Source: an uncultured delta proteobacterium (GTDB taxonomy: Bacteria > Desulfobacterota > BSN033 > UBA1163). From it: DNA of 64,000 nt. The translations under genes were made by a program, and so were the position numbers. This document shows, piece after piece, positions 45,966-58,612 of the stretch. The notes under the pieces were generated by a model. The model saw nothing but the letters and a program-made list of their open reading frames with translations, was not told the origin of the DNA and did no database searches. How positions within the stretch are numbered: the stretch's first letter is position 1; each line of letters starts with the position of its first letter. The stretch is taken from contig CAVPSJ010000004.1 of the NCBI GenBank assembly GCA_963708295.1, positions 1,107,154 through 1,171,153 on the forward strand. The letters are read 5' to 3'.

Positions 45966-48900
45966 ATGTTGGCTGAGCATCGGGTTTCTATCATCGCTTT
46001 CGTCTGGCGGCCTGAGGAGATCATCCCATCGGTGATCCAAATGGCTCATCGAACAGGGAGCAGAGCCATCTTCGATTTTTCCATGATGGGGGTGGAAGGG
46101 TTACGTTCTTTCTTACGAAAGGCTGACCCTGCCGGCCACGTTAGGGATATCAAGATTTCTGTCCCTGCCTTGATGGATCCATCTTTGGGGCGGTTACTGA
46201 AGGAAACAGGGGTCCACGACATCTGGGTAGAATGCCACCCCCAGTTTTTTCAAGGAGATCCTTCCATCTTTCTACAGAGATTGAGGGAATTGTCGGAAGA
46301 CCACTGTTGCTTTCCAATCATCGGAGACTTGGATCTCCTGGCAGCGATTTTGAAGGATAGCTCGGGAATCGGGCGCATCGTCCTGAAAGGATGCGAGGCC
46401 TCCGGATTCGTGAGCGGTGAGACGACCCTGGCTCTCTATTCGGTGGCCAAGGAAATGCTGCGCACACCCTCGAAGTCTCTCGACATCCTCATCTGGGGAG
46501 GCGTCTCCACCCCTGAGGCGGCAGCGGCATTCCTGTCCACAGGGGCCGCCGGGATCGTCTTCGAGAGCGTCCATTGGCTGACAGACCTGGTTGCCATTGA
46601 TGATGTTCAACGCCAGCGGCTCTCCAAGCTCCGCCTGGATTCTACCGATCTGGTTGGCCTGGACCTGCAGGTTCCTTGTCGCCTTTTCAACAAGGGAAAC
46701 TCTCTTGCGTTCAAGGAGATCAAGACGTTCGAGGACTCGCTGTGCGGAGCAGAGATCACGGAGGAAAGCCGCCGTTCCTTCGTAAGCCAGGTGCATGCCA
46801 GGGCCCTCCACCCTCTGGAGAGCCATTTCAGCAAGGACGAGGTCATCCCTCTGGGTGTGGAGGCTGCCTTTGCTCGCGTCGTTCGTTGAGCGTTTTGGGG
46901 CCGGAACCGAGGAGGCCGTGAAAGCCTTCATGGACGAGATTCGAAACTTATGCCACCTGGCTGAGGCGAAAAAGGATTGCTTTTTGGACAGCCCTGTAGC
47001 CAGAGAGATGGGAACCCAATATCCCTTTATCCAGGGGGCCATGTCCTGGATCACAGATGTCCCGGAGTTTGCCTCAAGGGTTGCCGATGCCGGTGGATTG
47101 CCCACCATCGCCCTTGGCCTGATGGACGCGGAGGCCCTTGACCGGAGGCTGGGACGCCTGCCGGAGATCATGGGAGGGCGCCCTTATGCAGTGAATGTCG
47201 TCTCTCTGGCAGAGAACCCTTTCAGGGAGACGCATCTGGCCTGGATAAAGAAACACAGACCCCGTTTTGTGGTGATCGCCGGAGGCGATCTCTCCCCCTT
47301 AAGAGAATTGATAGAATGCGGCATAGAGGTCATGTATATCGCTCCTGATGAGGCCCTGTTGAGGCTCGCCCTTGAAGCGGGCGTCCGATACGTGGTCTGC
47401 GAGGGGTATGAGGCCGGCGGCCACGTGGGGCAACATAGCACACTCACCCTTGCTCAAATGGTGTTGGATCTCAAACGGCGCAAGCCATCCCTGTTCCAAA
47501 ACTGTCGCGTGATCCTTGCAGGGGGAATCTTCAATCGGGAGACCGCATTCATGGCCGCCATGCTCGGCGCGGACGCCATCCAGATGGGCACCGCCTATCT
47601 GGCCACCCGGGAGATCGTTGAAACGGGCGCCTTGACGGCGCTCTATCAGCGGATGATCCTGGAATCGCCTCCGGGGGGAACAGTCGTTTCAGGCCAAGGC
47701 ACCGGACTTCGGGTGCGATCCTTGAGGACCCCGAGAGTGGCGGCTATTTTGTCCCTGGAGAGGGAGTTTGCAGCGGGCCACCAGGACGAGCCCTCCTTCC
47801 GGGCGAGAATGGAGGAGATGGCCGCGGGGAGCCTTTTCGCTGCGGCCCGAGGCATGGACAGGCCGGGCGGGGTGCCTCTGGATGAGCGGGTCTGTCTGGA
47901 ACGCGGGCAATTCATGAGCGGGGCCTGCGCCGGCCTCATCCGTGAGGTCCAGAAGCTGCAGTCCTTTCACCGCGAGCTGGCCGAAGGCCCTCTTTTGCTG
48001 CATCAGCCCGTTGTGGGGTCGATCGAGAAAATCCCGGAACCTCCACCCAACGCGTCGCTATCCATGGAAACTCCATCCTCCGGGGTTGGCCATGGACTGA
48101 AGCGAGTGGCCCCCCATAGAGACGATCGTGAAAGGGTTGCCATCACCGGGATGAGCATACTCAATGCCCTGGGGAAGAGTCCGGAGGAGGTCTGGGCTGC
48201 AAGCCTGGCCATGAAGAGCGGGATTACATTGGTTCCGCCTTCCCGGTGGGATCACGAGCGTTTTTATGATCCCCGGCCGCACATTCCGGACAAGACCTAC
48301 TGCAAGGTGGGCGCCTTCCTGGACTTTCATGTCTCCCGCAATGAACTCGGGATTCCTCCCCATGATTTCCGGACCATGACCGAGGCCACAAGGATCACCA
48401 TGTGGCTGGCGGACAGGGCCATCCGGGCATCCGGCATCCTGGAGTCAGACATCCCGCGCGAGCGAATCGGAGTCCTCATCTCCCAGAACTCGGGGGAGGC
48501 GGCGGGGACCCTCACCGATATGATCATCAGGGAGTACGTTCACGATATCCTTGGCGCCATCAAAAGGGCCGTTCACCTCACGCCGGATCAGGAGAGCGCC
48601 ATCGAACGAGAGGTGAAGTCCGGACGCATGGCCCCGGACGACACCACACTCCTGGGCAGACTCAACTGCGCAGCGGCCGGCTTCATCTGCAACCGGTATG
48701 GGTTCATGGGGCCCAGCTATTCTGTCTCCGCAGCCTGCGCGACCTCACTGGTCGCACTTCACAGCGCCATCCAGATGATCCGAAACGGCATCATCGATGC
48801 CGCCATCGTCGGAGGGGGCGAGGACAATCTCACCCACTTGCATTTTCTGGAATTCTCCGCCCTGGGCGCACTTTACGGGCTGTCCGGACAGGAAAGACCC

Positions 48901-51900
48901 GCTCACGAGACCTCCCGCCCCTTCGATGCTGAAAGAGACGGGATGGTCCTCGGCGAAGGCGGGGGAATGATCGTCATCGAGCGGGAAAGCCTGGCCCGCG
49001 CAAGAGGGGCGCGTGTCCACGCCGTCGTCACCGGCATGGGAGCGAGCAACAACCATCTGGGCATGGTGGAGTCCTCCAGTGTCACCCAAGAGATGGCCAT
49101 CCGCGCCTCTTTCCGAGGGATACCCTATGGGCCCGATGCAGTGGACCTGGTGGAATGCCATGCCACGAGCACCCGGCAAGGAGACGTGGAGGAGGTCCGT
49201 GCCCTGAAGGCCGTCTTCAATTCCTCCAAGCGCACCGTGATCACCTCATTCAAATCCCAGATCGGACACACACTGGGCGCCTCGGGCATTAATAGCCTCA
49301 TTCGAGGAGTCATGGCCATGAAGGCGGGGGTTTTTCCTCCCACCCTCAATTATATGCATCCAGACCCGGAAATCGACCTGGAAGGATCGGGTCTCCTCAT
49401 CGCCCCGGAGCCGCTTGATTGGAAGGGCAGGGACGGCCAGCCAAGAAGGCTTCAGGTCAACGCCTTCGGGTTCGGAGGTTCCAACTACGTTGTGCAGGTG
49501 GAGCAGGCCATGGATGAAGTGGATACGATCCTGGTCTCACCGGGCAGAGAACCCGGTCTCGATCGAGAGAAGGGGGGTGGCCCTCCCACGCTCCAGGGCG
49601 TCTCTTTCTTCCGGACTGAGATGGACGGCCGTAACTGCCGGATGGCCGTCGTGGCGCAATCCGAAGAGGAGGCGCTCACGGTCATCGAGAGGTCGGCCTC
49701 CCTTGCCGAAGCCGGAATCGTCTCACCCAAGGCATTGAGGTCCCTGGCGCAGCAGGGGATTTTCATGAGCCGCGAGGATCTGCCGGCCCTGCCGCTCGCC
49801 TTTGTATTTCCCGGACAGGGGTCACAGTATGGAGGAATGGGGCGGGATCTCTACGAGTCCTTTCCCGTCATCAAGGAGTGGATGGATCGGGCTGCAGCTG
49901 CAGCGGACTTCGACCTCCTTCACTTATTGTTCCACGATCGAGAGGAGAACCTTCAGAAGACCCGGTGGCAGCAACCTGCCATGTTCGCCATGGAACACGC
50001 CATGGCTCGATACCTCACCACCCTGGGTATCCACCCTGTGGCCATGGCCGGCCATAGTTTGGGCGAACTGACCGCCTTGTGCCTGGCCGGTGTCTATTCC
50101 CCGGAGGACGGGTTTCGAATCGTGAACAAGAGGGCCCTCTGCATGGACAAGGCCGCTGCCATGCACGTGGACCCCGGCGTCATGGCGGCCGTGGACGCCC
50201 CCCTGGATCTGCTGAAAGAGATGATCCAGGGACGGGAGGATGTCCACATCGGCAATATCAATTCACCGAACCAGATCGTCCTGAGCGGCAACACCGAGGC
50301 GGTCAAGGATCTCTGCAAAAGACTGAAGGAAATGGGCTACCGGGCCACCCTCTTGCGGGTCAGCATGGCCTTCCACTCTCCTATCATGAAGGTCATCCAT
50401 GATGAGCTCGAGGCGTACATTGCCTCCATTCCATTTCATTCCCCGCAGATTCCCGTCATCTCCAACACGACCATGGCACCGTATCCATCAGATCCCGGTG
50501 AGATCAGGCGAATCCTGATGGCCCACCTGGAATCTACCGTCCATTGGATGAATAATGTCCAGACCCTTTGGAATGACTACGGAGTCCGGCTCTTCGTGGA
50601 GGTGGGACCCGGCGAAACATTAAGCAATCTCATCGCAGACACGCTTCCTGAATCGGCATGTATCCAGACGTGCCTTCCCTCCGCAGAGGGCCTGACCTAC
50701 AAGACCGCTCTTGCTCAGCTCTTCGTTCAAGGTCATCTGAAGGTTGAAGGAGAACCGAGGTTTGTTTCCCTCTCTGCATTCAGAAAAACTCCCGAATCTC
50801 ACCGAATCGCCCCAGCACCCGCGTTACGACCGTCGGAACTTGGGCTTGCAGGCTCCAACCCGGTGGAGAGGATCATTCAAAGGGAAATCAACCGATTCGT
50901 GATAGAGACCTTCGGCCGCTTCCTTAAGCCCAACATCCTGGAAGCCATCCGCCAAGAGCTTAACCCAACATTCCAAGAAGGCGATCTATCATCCGTTATC
51001 AAATCCATGCTTGTGGGTTCCGGGCCTCCCGAAGGCCAGAAGCAGGTCTCTCCCGGGAAACCGGCATCCCCGCCTCTCGATTCCACCCCTGCCATTCCGG
51101 AACAGGCCTCACCTGCCCCCGGTGAGGCGCCTGAGGACCAAGATCTTATGGAGAGGCTTATTCGAATCATCATGGATGCTACAGGATTCAATAGGGACGA
51201 GATCCAACCCGATATGGATCTCAGAAGGGACCTCTCCATCCGATCCAGCCGCCTCCCCATCATCATGGATGCTGCGGAACGCCAATTCGGGATCACGATC
51301 GAATTGGAGGATTTTATAAATGTCCGTACCGTGAAGGACATCGCCCAGAGGATCTCCAAGATAATCGCCAGGCAGGGAGGTACCAGCCTGCAGCCGGCCA
51401 CCAAGGCTGTTGACCCCGACCCGGTGCGGGATGAAATCCTGAAGTCCTCAGAGGATGAGGCGAGCTTAAAGCGGCTCGTATTCAACCACGCCACGGTAGA
51501 GTTGGCGGCCTCTATTCCCATGGAATTGAGCCCAGGCGAGTCAGTCCTCCTTCTCTCGCCTGACAGGGATGACGGGATTGCCAGAAGTGCAGGGGACATC
51601 CTCCGACTGGATTACGGGGTTGACACGTTTCCAATGCTATTCATGCAAGGGAACTTCGGTCCTGGCGAAGAGGGCCACGACATTCGAACCGATGAAGGGG
51701 CCTCCAGGGCTGTAGATAGAATAGCGGGCCTGTCGCCCCTTTCCGGGATGGTCATCACCCTCTGTCAAGGCGGGTCGGGAAGGTTAAGAAGCATGGCGGA
51801 TGTTTCGCGGCTTCTCAGGGGGCTCTTTCTCCTCCTGAAGGCATTTCTTCAATCACCGGCTAAGAAATTCGTGGTGCTGATCCATTCCAGGGAGGATACC

Positions 51901-53931
51901 GAAACTCCCGGTCGGCTGCTGGCGGAAGGGATGCTCGGACTTTTTCTGAGCGCAGCGCAGGAACACCCATCGGTCCAGTTTCGCACATTGGAAATCGACA
52001 GGGATACCGACCTTCGCGTTGCGCTGCGCGGTGCTCTGGACAGAGGATGCACCGTGGTGGAGATCATTCATCGTGATGGAAGGGTCTTCACTTCGGAGGG
52101 GCACTTAGCCCCGTCGGTCTTCGGGGATTCGTCAAGTCTGAATCTGAGCCCTGGAGACGTTGTCGTCATGTCCGGGGGCGCAACCGGGATCAGCGCCCAC
52201 CTGGCCCGCTGCCTTGTGCCTTTCACGCCCCGCCTGGTCTTTCTGGGGAGGACCCCTCTCGATCCAGGCATCCATCCCGCAAAGCCGCGCCCCGAACATT
52301 CGTCTTCTGAGGCGTTCACTTTCGACCCCAGGGCATCGGAGATCGCTCGGACCCTGGCGGATTTGCACTCCTCAGGGATCGAGGCAACGTACCATACCTG
52401 CGATGTGACTGACCCCGAGGCGGTCCGCGCGATCATGGGCGAGGTGGCAAGCCGTTATGGCAAGATCGACGGGATCATTCACGGCGCCGGAGTCCTCAGG
52501 GACGGTCCCTTAAGCCAAATGACCCCGGATGATTTCTCCATGGTCACGGACGTCAAATTCCTCGGGGCTTGGAATCTATTCTCGGCTGCGGAGGGGGCCG
52601 GTTTGAGGTTTTTCGTGGGCCTCTCCTCGGCGGCCGCGATCCAGGGGAATCCTGGCCAGGCCAACTACGCTGCAGCCAACCGGATGATGTCTGCGTTACT
52701 CAGAACCCTCCGCCGGAAAAACGGCGCCATCCGGTTCAAGGCTTTGATGCTTCCCCCTGTCGAGGGGGCGGGCATGGCCGAGGATCCGGAGGTCCGGGAG
52801 CTGATGAAGCGGAAGGGCGCGGCGTACATCCATGTAAATGAGCTTGCAGGGCTTTTCTGCCGGGAGCTCTTTGTAGCCCCGGCCGACGACGATTGGGTGA
52901 TGTTCATGAGGAGACTGCCATCCGTGAGGACGTCACTGCTCAATGATACAATCCGTCCTTCGCCCAGTGGAGAACTGGATGGAGGCACCGTGTCCTTCAG
53001 CCCCGAGGACTTCCCCATGATAGAAAGGATCTCTTGCCTGGACATCCGCCGGGAAGAACTGGAGGCCTTCAGATCCTTCTCCCTGGAGAAGGATCTTTGG
53101 ATCGCGGATCACAGACCTTTCAAGTTCGTCAAGCATCCTCTGGTCTCAGCCGCCATGGTTCTGGAGACATTCATGGAAGCCGCCCGGATCCTGTATCCCC
53201 ACCTGCAGGTGCGAGGAGTTCGCCAGGTGCGGCTCATGGACATGATCCAATGTCCTCCCGGGGTTCCACGGCCTTCCAGGATCTCCTGCCGCCGAGCCGG
53301 CAACGGCCTTCGGGAGGTATGGTGCGAGGTCTCTCTCGCAACACAGGAGATCTCCCCCGCCGGGAGATTGACCGACCGCTTCACCCCGCACTGCAAGGGC
53401 CAGGTGATCCTTGATGGCGGGGATGGCGGGGGAGGATATCTCGGGGAGGGGTTCCCGGATTTTCCTGTCCGGCTGGACGAACTGCGGACGAGGCCCATGG
53501 ATCATAAAAAGGTGCTTAAATGGTACAAAGACCGCAGCGGCCTCGAAGGCAGGTATCGCGTGATGGAGTTCCTTGACGGTGCAGGTCCAGGGGTGGTACG
53601 GGGCCGAACCACCTACCGGGAGACAAGTGATTTCGCAAATCTGCGGAACGCCCGGTACCAATACTCTCCCTACCTTTTCGAGGCCCTTTTGCAGTTGGTC
53701 GGCTTCCACATCGCTGCAACGGACCCATCGGAGCGGCGATCGATGATTCCCATGGAGATCGGGGAGATGAGGTTTTTGCGAAAATGCCGGGTAGGGGAAC
53801 AGATAACGCTGGAGGCCCGCATGCGGGCGCAGGACGACGAAGGCCTCGCCTGGGACGCCAGAGGGATTGACGATCAAGGCCGCACCATCATGCAGGTTTA
53901 TGATATGCGGATGCACTGGGTTTCGGACTGA
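45966..53931 (+). CDS. Single-module type I PKS/FAS: ER'(FabK-like)-ER-KS-AT-ACP-KR-DH (one indel near 46875)
   Basis: GCEASG and EAGGHVG TIM barrels; KS SAACATS/ECHATST/KSQIGH; AT GQGSQ/GHSLGE/AFHS; ACP DLSIRSS; KR GGATGI/HGAG/NYAAAN; DH DHRP..P. Confidence 0.92.
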
Positions 53932-53967
53932 GCCTTCAGGGCTCGGAAAGAACGCAGATCGGGAAAG

Positions 53968-54747
53968 ATGGGAGTGGATGTGGCAAAGGATTGCCAAGGA
54001 TTAACCGTTCATGCCGTGAGTTTCGTTCATCGAAGGGGACCCGTCTTCTATGCATCTTTACCATGTGGCCATGTGCCACCGAAACCCTCAAAGGATGTGG
54101 GACGAACGGGGCAGGGGACAAGCACCGCCTCGTCTCCACCCTGTGGGATCACCTTGTGGCGATGGAAAGTCCTCTTTGGAAACGCTGTCAATCCTCCAAC
54201 AGAGCTGCTTTCCCAATTCAGGTGGTCCGCGGCCTGCTTGGCAGGCCCCATCTCCTGTTGGGAGAATATCGGGGTCCGGCCATCTCCTTCAGCGAGGGTG
54301 GAGGAAAAGTCTGGGCTGCTCTCTGTGGAGATGAGTCTGATATCGGCATCGATGTGGCAGGGACCGATGAATTCCAAAGAGAATACCCCTTTCACCGGGT
54401 CTTCCATCCACAAGAGCTTCAACATGCCTTGAGGTTGGCGGGCGGAGATTTGGAAAAGGCATCAGCCCTGCTCTGGTCTATCAAGGAAGCCGTTGTCAAG
54501 GCCCTGGGATGTGCATTCCATCTCGTGGATCCGCGGCAAATCACCGTCTATCCGTCGGTAGGGGGGCGGTAGGGGGAGACGGCGGGTATACCTTTCCGGT
54601 GGGCTTATCAGGGAAGGCCCTGGTGCGGTTTCCCATAGCTGCCGGCCGGTCCCTATGGGTACGTTCGCTTCCTCAGGGAAGATGTGGCTTTCCATCGCCC
54701 TCTTGAATCGGCAGACATCGATGAGGCGATGGGCGGAGGCGTTTTAA
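53968..54747 (+). CDS. 4'-phosphopantetheinyl transferase (Sfp type; several indels)
   Basis: GRP, ISFS, IGIDV, WSIKEAVVKALG; ends approximate. Confidence 0.85.
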
Positions 54748-54781
54748 TACCAGTTGCCCTATAGAGGCAAAATGTCGATCC

Positions 54782-55735
54782 ATGACGAAAGAAGCTGAAC
54801 ACGCAATCGAAGTCGAGAAACTGACGAAGCGTTACGGGGATTTGCTGGCGGTCAACGACATATCGTTCAACGTCAGGAAAGGCGAGGTTTTCGCCCTGCT
54901 GGGCCCGAACGGCGCCGGCAAGACCACTACCGTCGAGATCATCGATACGATCCGCACGCCCACGTCGGGAAAAGTGACCCTTCTCGGGATGGACGTCACG
55001 AAGAAGAAGCACGACATCGTCCCCCGCATCGGCGTCCTCCCGCAGGGGTTCAGCTCGTTCGACAGGATAACGGTCAGGGAGACCCTGCAGTACTACTCGC
55101 GGCTTTTCTGCTGCAGGAACACCGATATCGACGGGCTGATAGAGCTCGTGAACCTCAAGGACAAGACCAAAGAGCAGTACAAGAACCTCTCCGGGGGCTT
55201 GAAGCAGCGCCTCGGAATCGCGATTGCGCTCGTGAACGACCCCGAGGTCGTGTTCCTCGACGAGCCGACGACAGGGCTCGACCCCCGCGCAAGGCGCGAG
55301 GTGTGGGAAGTCCTGCTGGGCCTGAAGAAGAAGGGGAAGACGGTATTTCTCACCACGCACTACATGGAGGAAGCGGAGCTTCTTGCAGACACGGTCGCCA
55401 TCATCTCGAAGGGGAAGATCATCGCGATGGGCTCTCCCGGGGAGCTCATAGAAAGCAACGCGAATTACCTGGTCCTCACGCTACAGTCCGTCGATGAAAA
55501 AGTCTTTGAAATCGTCCGGAAGATGGGCTTCGAGCCGGTCCATGACAACCACAAAAACATCAAGGTCAGGGTGGAGCACACGGACGACGTCCAGAAGATA
55601 CTGAACGCCATCAAGGACGCCGGGGCGTCGTTCCTCAGCCTGGACGTTCGCAAGCCCAACCTCGAAGAGGTCTTCCTGAAGCTCACCGGCGAGGCGCTCC
55701 GCGAAGGTCCCGCCGGGGGAAGGGGGGCGGAATGA
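54782..55735 (+). CDS. ABC-2 exporter ATPase
   Basis: GPNGAGKTT, LSGGLKQR, DEPTTGLDP, THYMEEAE, NLEEVFL. Confidence 0.94.
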   Translation: MTKEAEHAIEVEKLTKRYGDLLAVNDISFNVRKGEVFALLGPNGAGKTTTVEIIDTIRTPTSGKVTLLGMDVTKKKHDIVPRIGVLPQGFSSFDRITVRETLQYYSRLFCCRNTDIDGLIELVNLKDKTKEQYKNLSGGLKQRLGIAIALVNDPEVVFLDEPTTGLDPRARREVWEVLLGLKKKGKTVFLTTHYMEEAELLADTVAIISKGKIIAMGSPGELIESNANYLVLTLQSVDEKVFEIVRKMGFEPVHDNHKNIKVRVEHTDDVQKILNAIKDAGASFLSLDVRKPNLEEVFLKLTGEALREGPAGGRGAE

Positions 55736-56851
55736 ACCTGCGCGTCGTCGGCGCAAATCTCGTCGTGAGCATCAAGAGCTTCTACCGCGAGAAGACCGCC
55801 ATGTTCTTCACGATTGCGTTCCCGATAATCCTGATACTCGTGTTCGGCACCATTTTCATGAACCAGGACAACGTGAGCTTCAACCTTTACGTGCAGGACC
55901 TCGACCAGACGAAATCCTCCGCAGCAGCTCGTCAAGACCCTCGAGCTCAACGGGAAGTTCAAGATAACCAAGGTCGACCCTGCCATCAACGCCACGCAGT
56001 ACGCCAAGGACAACAAGGTGAACCTTGTCCTCATTATTCCCAAAGGCTATGAAAGATCCCTCAAGCAGAGGATGAGTGTTCAACGACCCCAACGCATCCG
56101 TTACCCTCACGTACATATACGACCCCAGCTCTTCTTCGGTGTCCACGAAGATGCAAATCCTGAACTCGGTGTTCGCCGGGATAAACCAGGAGATGTCCGG
56201 GAAGCCGCCGTTCATCAAGATCGGCCGAGACATCGATACTCACCAGGAAGTACCGGTTCATCGAGTTCTTCATCCCCGGCATCATCGCGATGGCGGTGAT
56301 GACAGCGAGCCTGTTCGGCACGGTGAACTTGAACACGGAGCTGCGGCAGAAGGGTGTCATCAGGAAGCTATCCACCACGCCCATCACCCGTACCGACTGG
56401 ATACTGTCGAACATCCTGTACCAGTTCATACTCGCGGTCATATCCACGATTGCGATGCTGCTGGTGAGCTACGCCGTGTTTAACGTCAGCCTGCAGATAA
56501 ACGCCTGGCTCCCTGTGTTCATTGTGCTTGACGTCTTCGCGTTCGTCGGAATCGGGATGATACTCACCCGCTTCGCGAAGGAGGCGCAGAGCGCCGCCGC
56601 CGCGGCAAACGCCATCAGTTTCCCGATGATGTTCCTCTCGGGGAGCTTCTTCCCCATCGAGATGATGCCGGGCTTCCTGCAGACGTTCGCCAGGATACTG
56701 CCTCTGTACTACGTGAACGAGGGGCTCCGGGCATCCATGGTATTTGTCGACCACATGGACCGCGCTGAGTTACTCCGCGATCATAGGGGTTTTCGCGGCC
56801 GTGGTCTTCATCCTGGGCATCATCGCCACCAAATGGGAAGAGGGCAAGTGA
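55732..56851 (+). CDS. ABC-2 exporter permease (several indels)
   Basis: REKTAMFFTIAFP; FFIPGIIAM; FPMMFLSGSFFP..LPLYY; corrected frame ends TKWEEGK-TGA 56851. Confidence 0.85.
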
Positions 56852-58612
56852 TCGCAAAGTGCCCCCTTCGCGCCATCACTCAGGCACCCTATCCCCGTGC
56901 CATGACCGCCTTGGTTGCAGCGACGCTCGCTGTCCTCATCGATCCCATTTTCAGGTTCAGTGATTACCGAGCTCTGCTGCATTTGCTCCCGGTCGCCGGC
57001 ACCATGAAGTTCTCGGGCGCCCTCACGCTGGTCTTCCTGCAGGTGGTCGCCCTCTTCTATCTCATCCTTCTCCTCCCCAGAATTCTCCGCACGGTGGCCC
57101 TCCTTCTTTCTGTTTTCGTTATCGTCGTCCAATTCTCCTTTCGGCTGACGCTATCCCAGTTCATGACCGGCACCGACCTGTTTCTCGCCCTGACCGTCGG
57201 CGTGGGCACTCTCGGAGAAGCCGTCTTAAGCTTCCTCAACCCGCTCATCTTCTTGTATGCTCTCCCCTACGCACTCGTTCTCTCCACACTGATCCTCGTC
57301 CCCCTCAGGTCCACCTTCCGAAAGTCCCTCGCCCTCAGCCTCCTGCCGGCGTTCTACCTCCTCGCTTCCAATTACGCCCTCTTCCTTCACGTGCCGGAAC
57401 GCAATTTCCATCTGAATCCTTTGACCTCCTTCGTCCGTTCAACACTTCATTACGAGTTCGAAACCCTCCGCGAATATCATGGACCCCGAGACGACCTGCC
57501 GACCTTTCACCCCTCCCAACGGCCACTCGACAGCATCATCTATGTCATCGACGAGTCGGTCCGTGGCAGCAATCTCAGCCTGAACGGCTACCCGCGCCCC
57601 ACCACACCGTTCCTTCAATCCCTCGAAACCCAGGGGCGCCTCAAGAATCTCGGCATTTGTGTTGCGGCCAGCTCCTTTTCCCACATCAGCAATGCCTATC
57701 TCGTTACCGGTCACAACGCATTTCCCGACGACGCCTTTCGAACCGCCAGGAACCCAACCCTCTTTGATTACGCAAAGAAAATGGGCTACGAGACGATCTA
57801 CATTGACATCGATCAAGGCTACCTTTCTCCGCTCATGAAAGCGGCCGGGAAGGGTCCCGTGAGATCCTTGGACCGGTGGATGACCGAGCAGTCGTTCAAG
57901 GAGCGCCACATCGATCTTGAAACCACGAAGGATTTGGGCGTAGCCCGCTTTCTCAGTGGTCTTCTGAATGAAAGAGGCGGCTATTTCGTTCTCGTCAACA
58001 AGAAGGGTCTCCATTTCCACTATCGCAATAGATACCCGGACGATCCGGCCTTTACGATTTGGAGGCCGGTTATGGAAGCATCGGAACCCATTGACCCCAG
58101 CGCGACCGGACGTGAGAAGCTCGTCAATACCTATGACAACGGGATTCGCTTTCAGGTGGATGAATTCTTCCGGGTGTTCGTTTCCGATACGACGAATCAG
58201 AATTATGTCATCCTGTACACATCGGACCATGGCCAGACGTTGGCCGAGCATGGGCAAGTGTATACCCATGCGAAGCCTGACAAGGTGATCGTCGATGTAC
58301 CCGAGTTCCTCGTGGTCGGGTGAGCGATATGGCAAGAAGGGGCTCTTAGCCGGCATTCGCCCCGGCATCCGGGTTTCCCATCTGAACAATTTCGCGACCC
58401 TCCTCGATCTGATGGGCGTACCGATGTCTTTGCGGGTTCGTCCTTACGACAAATCGATTTTCTCTTTGACAGCCGAGGACAACAGAGTGCGTACCTATAT
58501 GAGCGGCTCTCTTCATGGATTCGGCGATTACGTGGTGAAGAGGATACCTACACCACCGGATGAGGGCTGGGGCGTTTCGAGACCTGTCGGCAAGGGTCCC
58601 AAGTCTGAATGA
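56848..58612 (+). CDS. EptA-like phosphoethanolamine transferase (sulfatase superfamily; frameshift near 58320)
   Basis: About 5 TM segments, then VIDESVR..LNGYPRPTTP, GLHFHY, YDNGI, YTSDHG, YTH. Confidence 0.85.

Noticed and set aside
56290-58323. Apparent ABC permease-sulfatase fusion (677 aa)
   Set aside because: A +1 indel near 56758 explains it. The corrected permease stops at TGA 56851 and the transferase starts at the overlapping GTG 56848.
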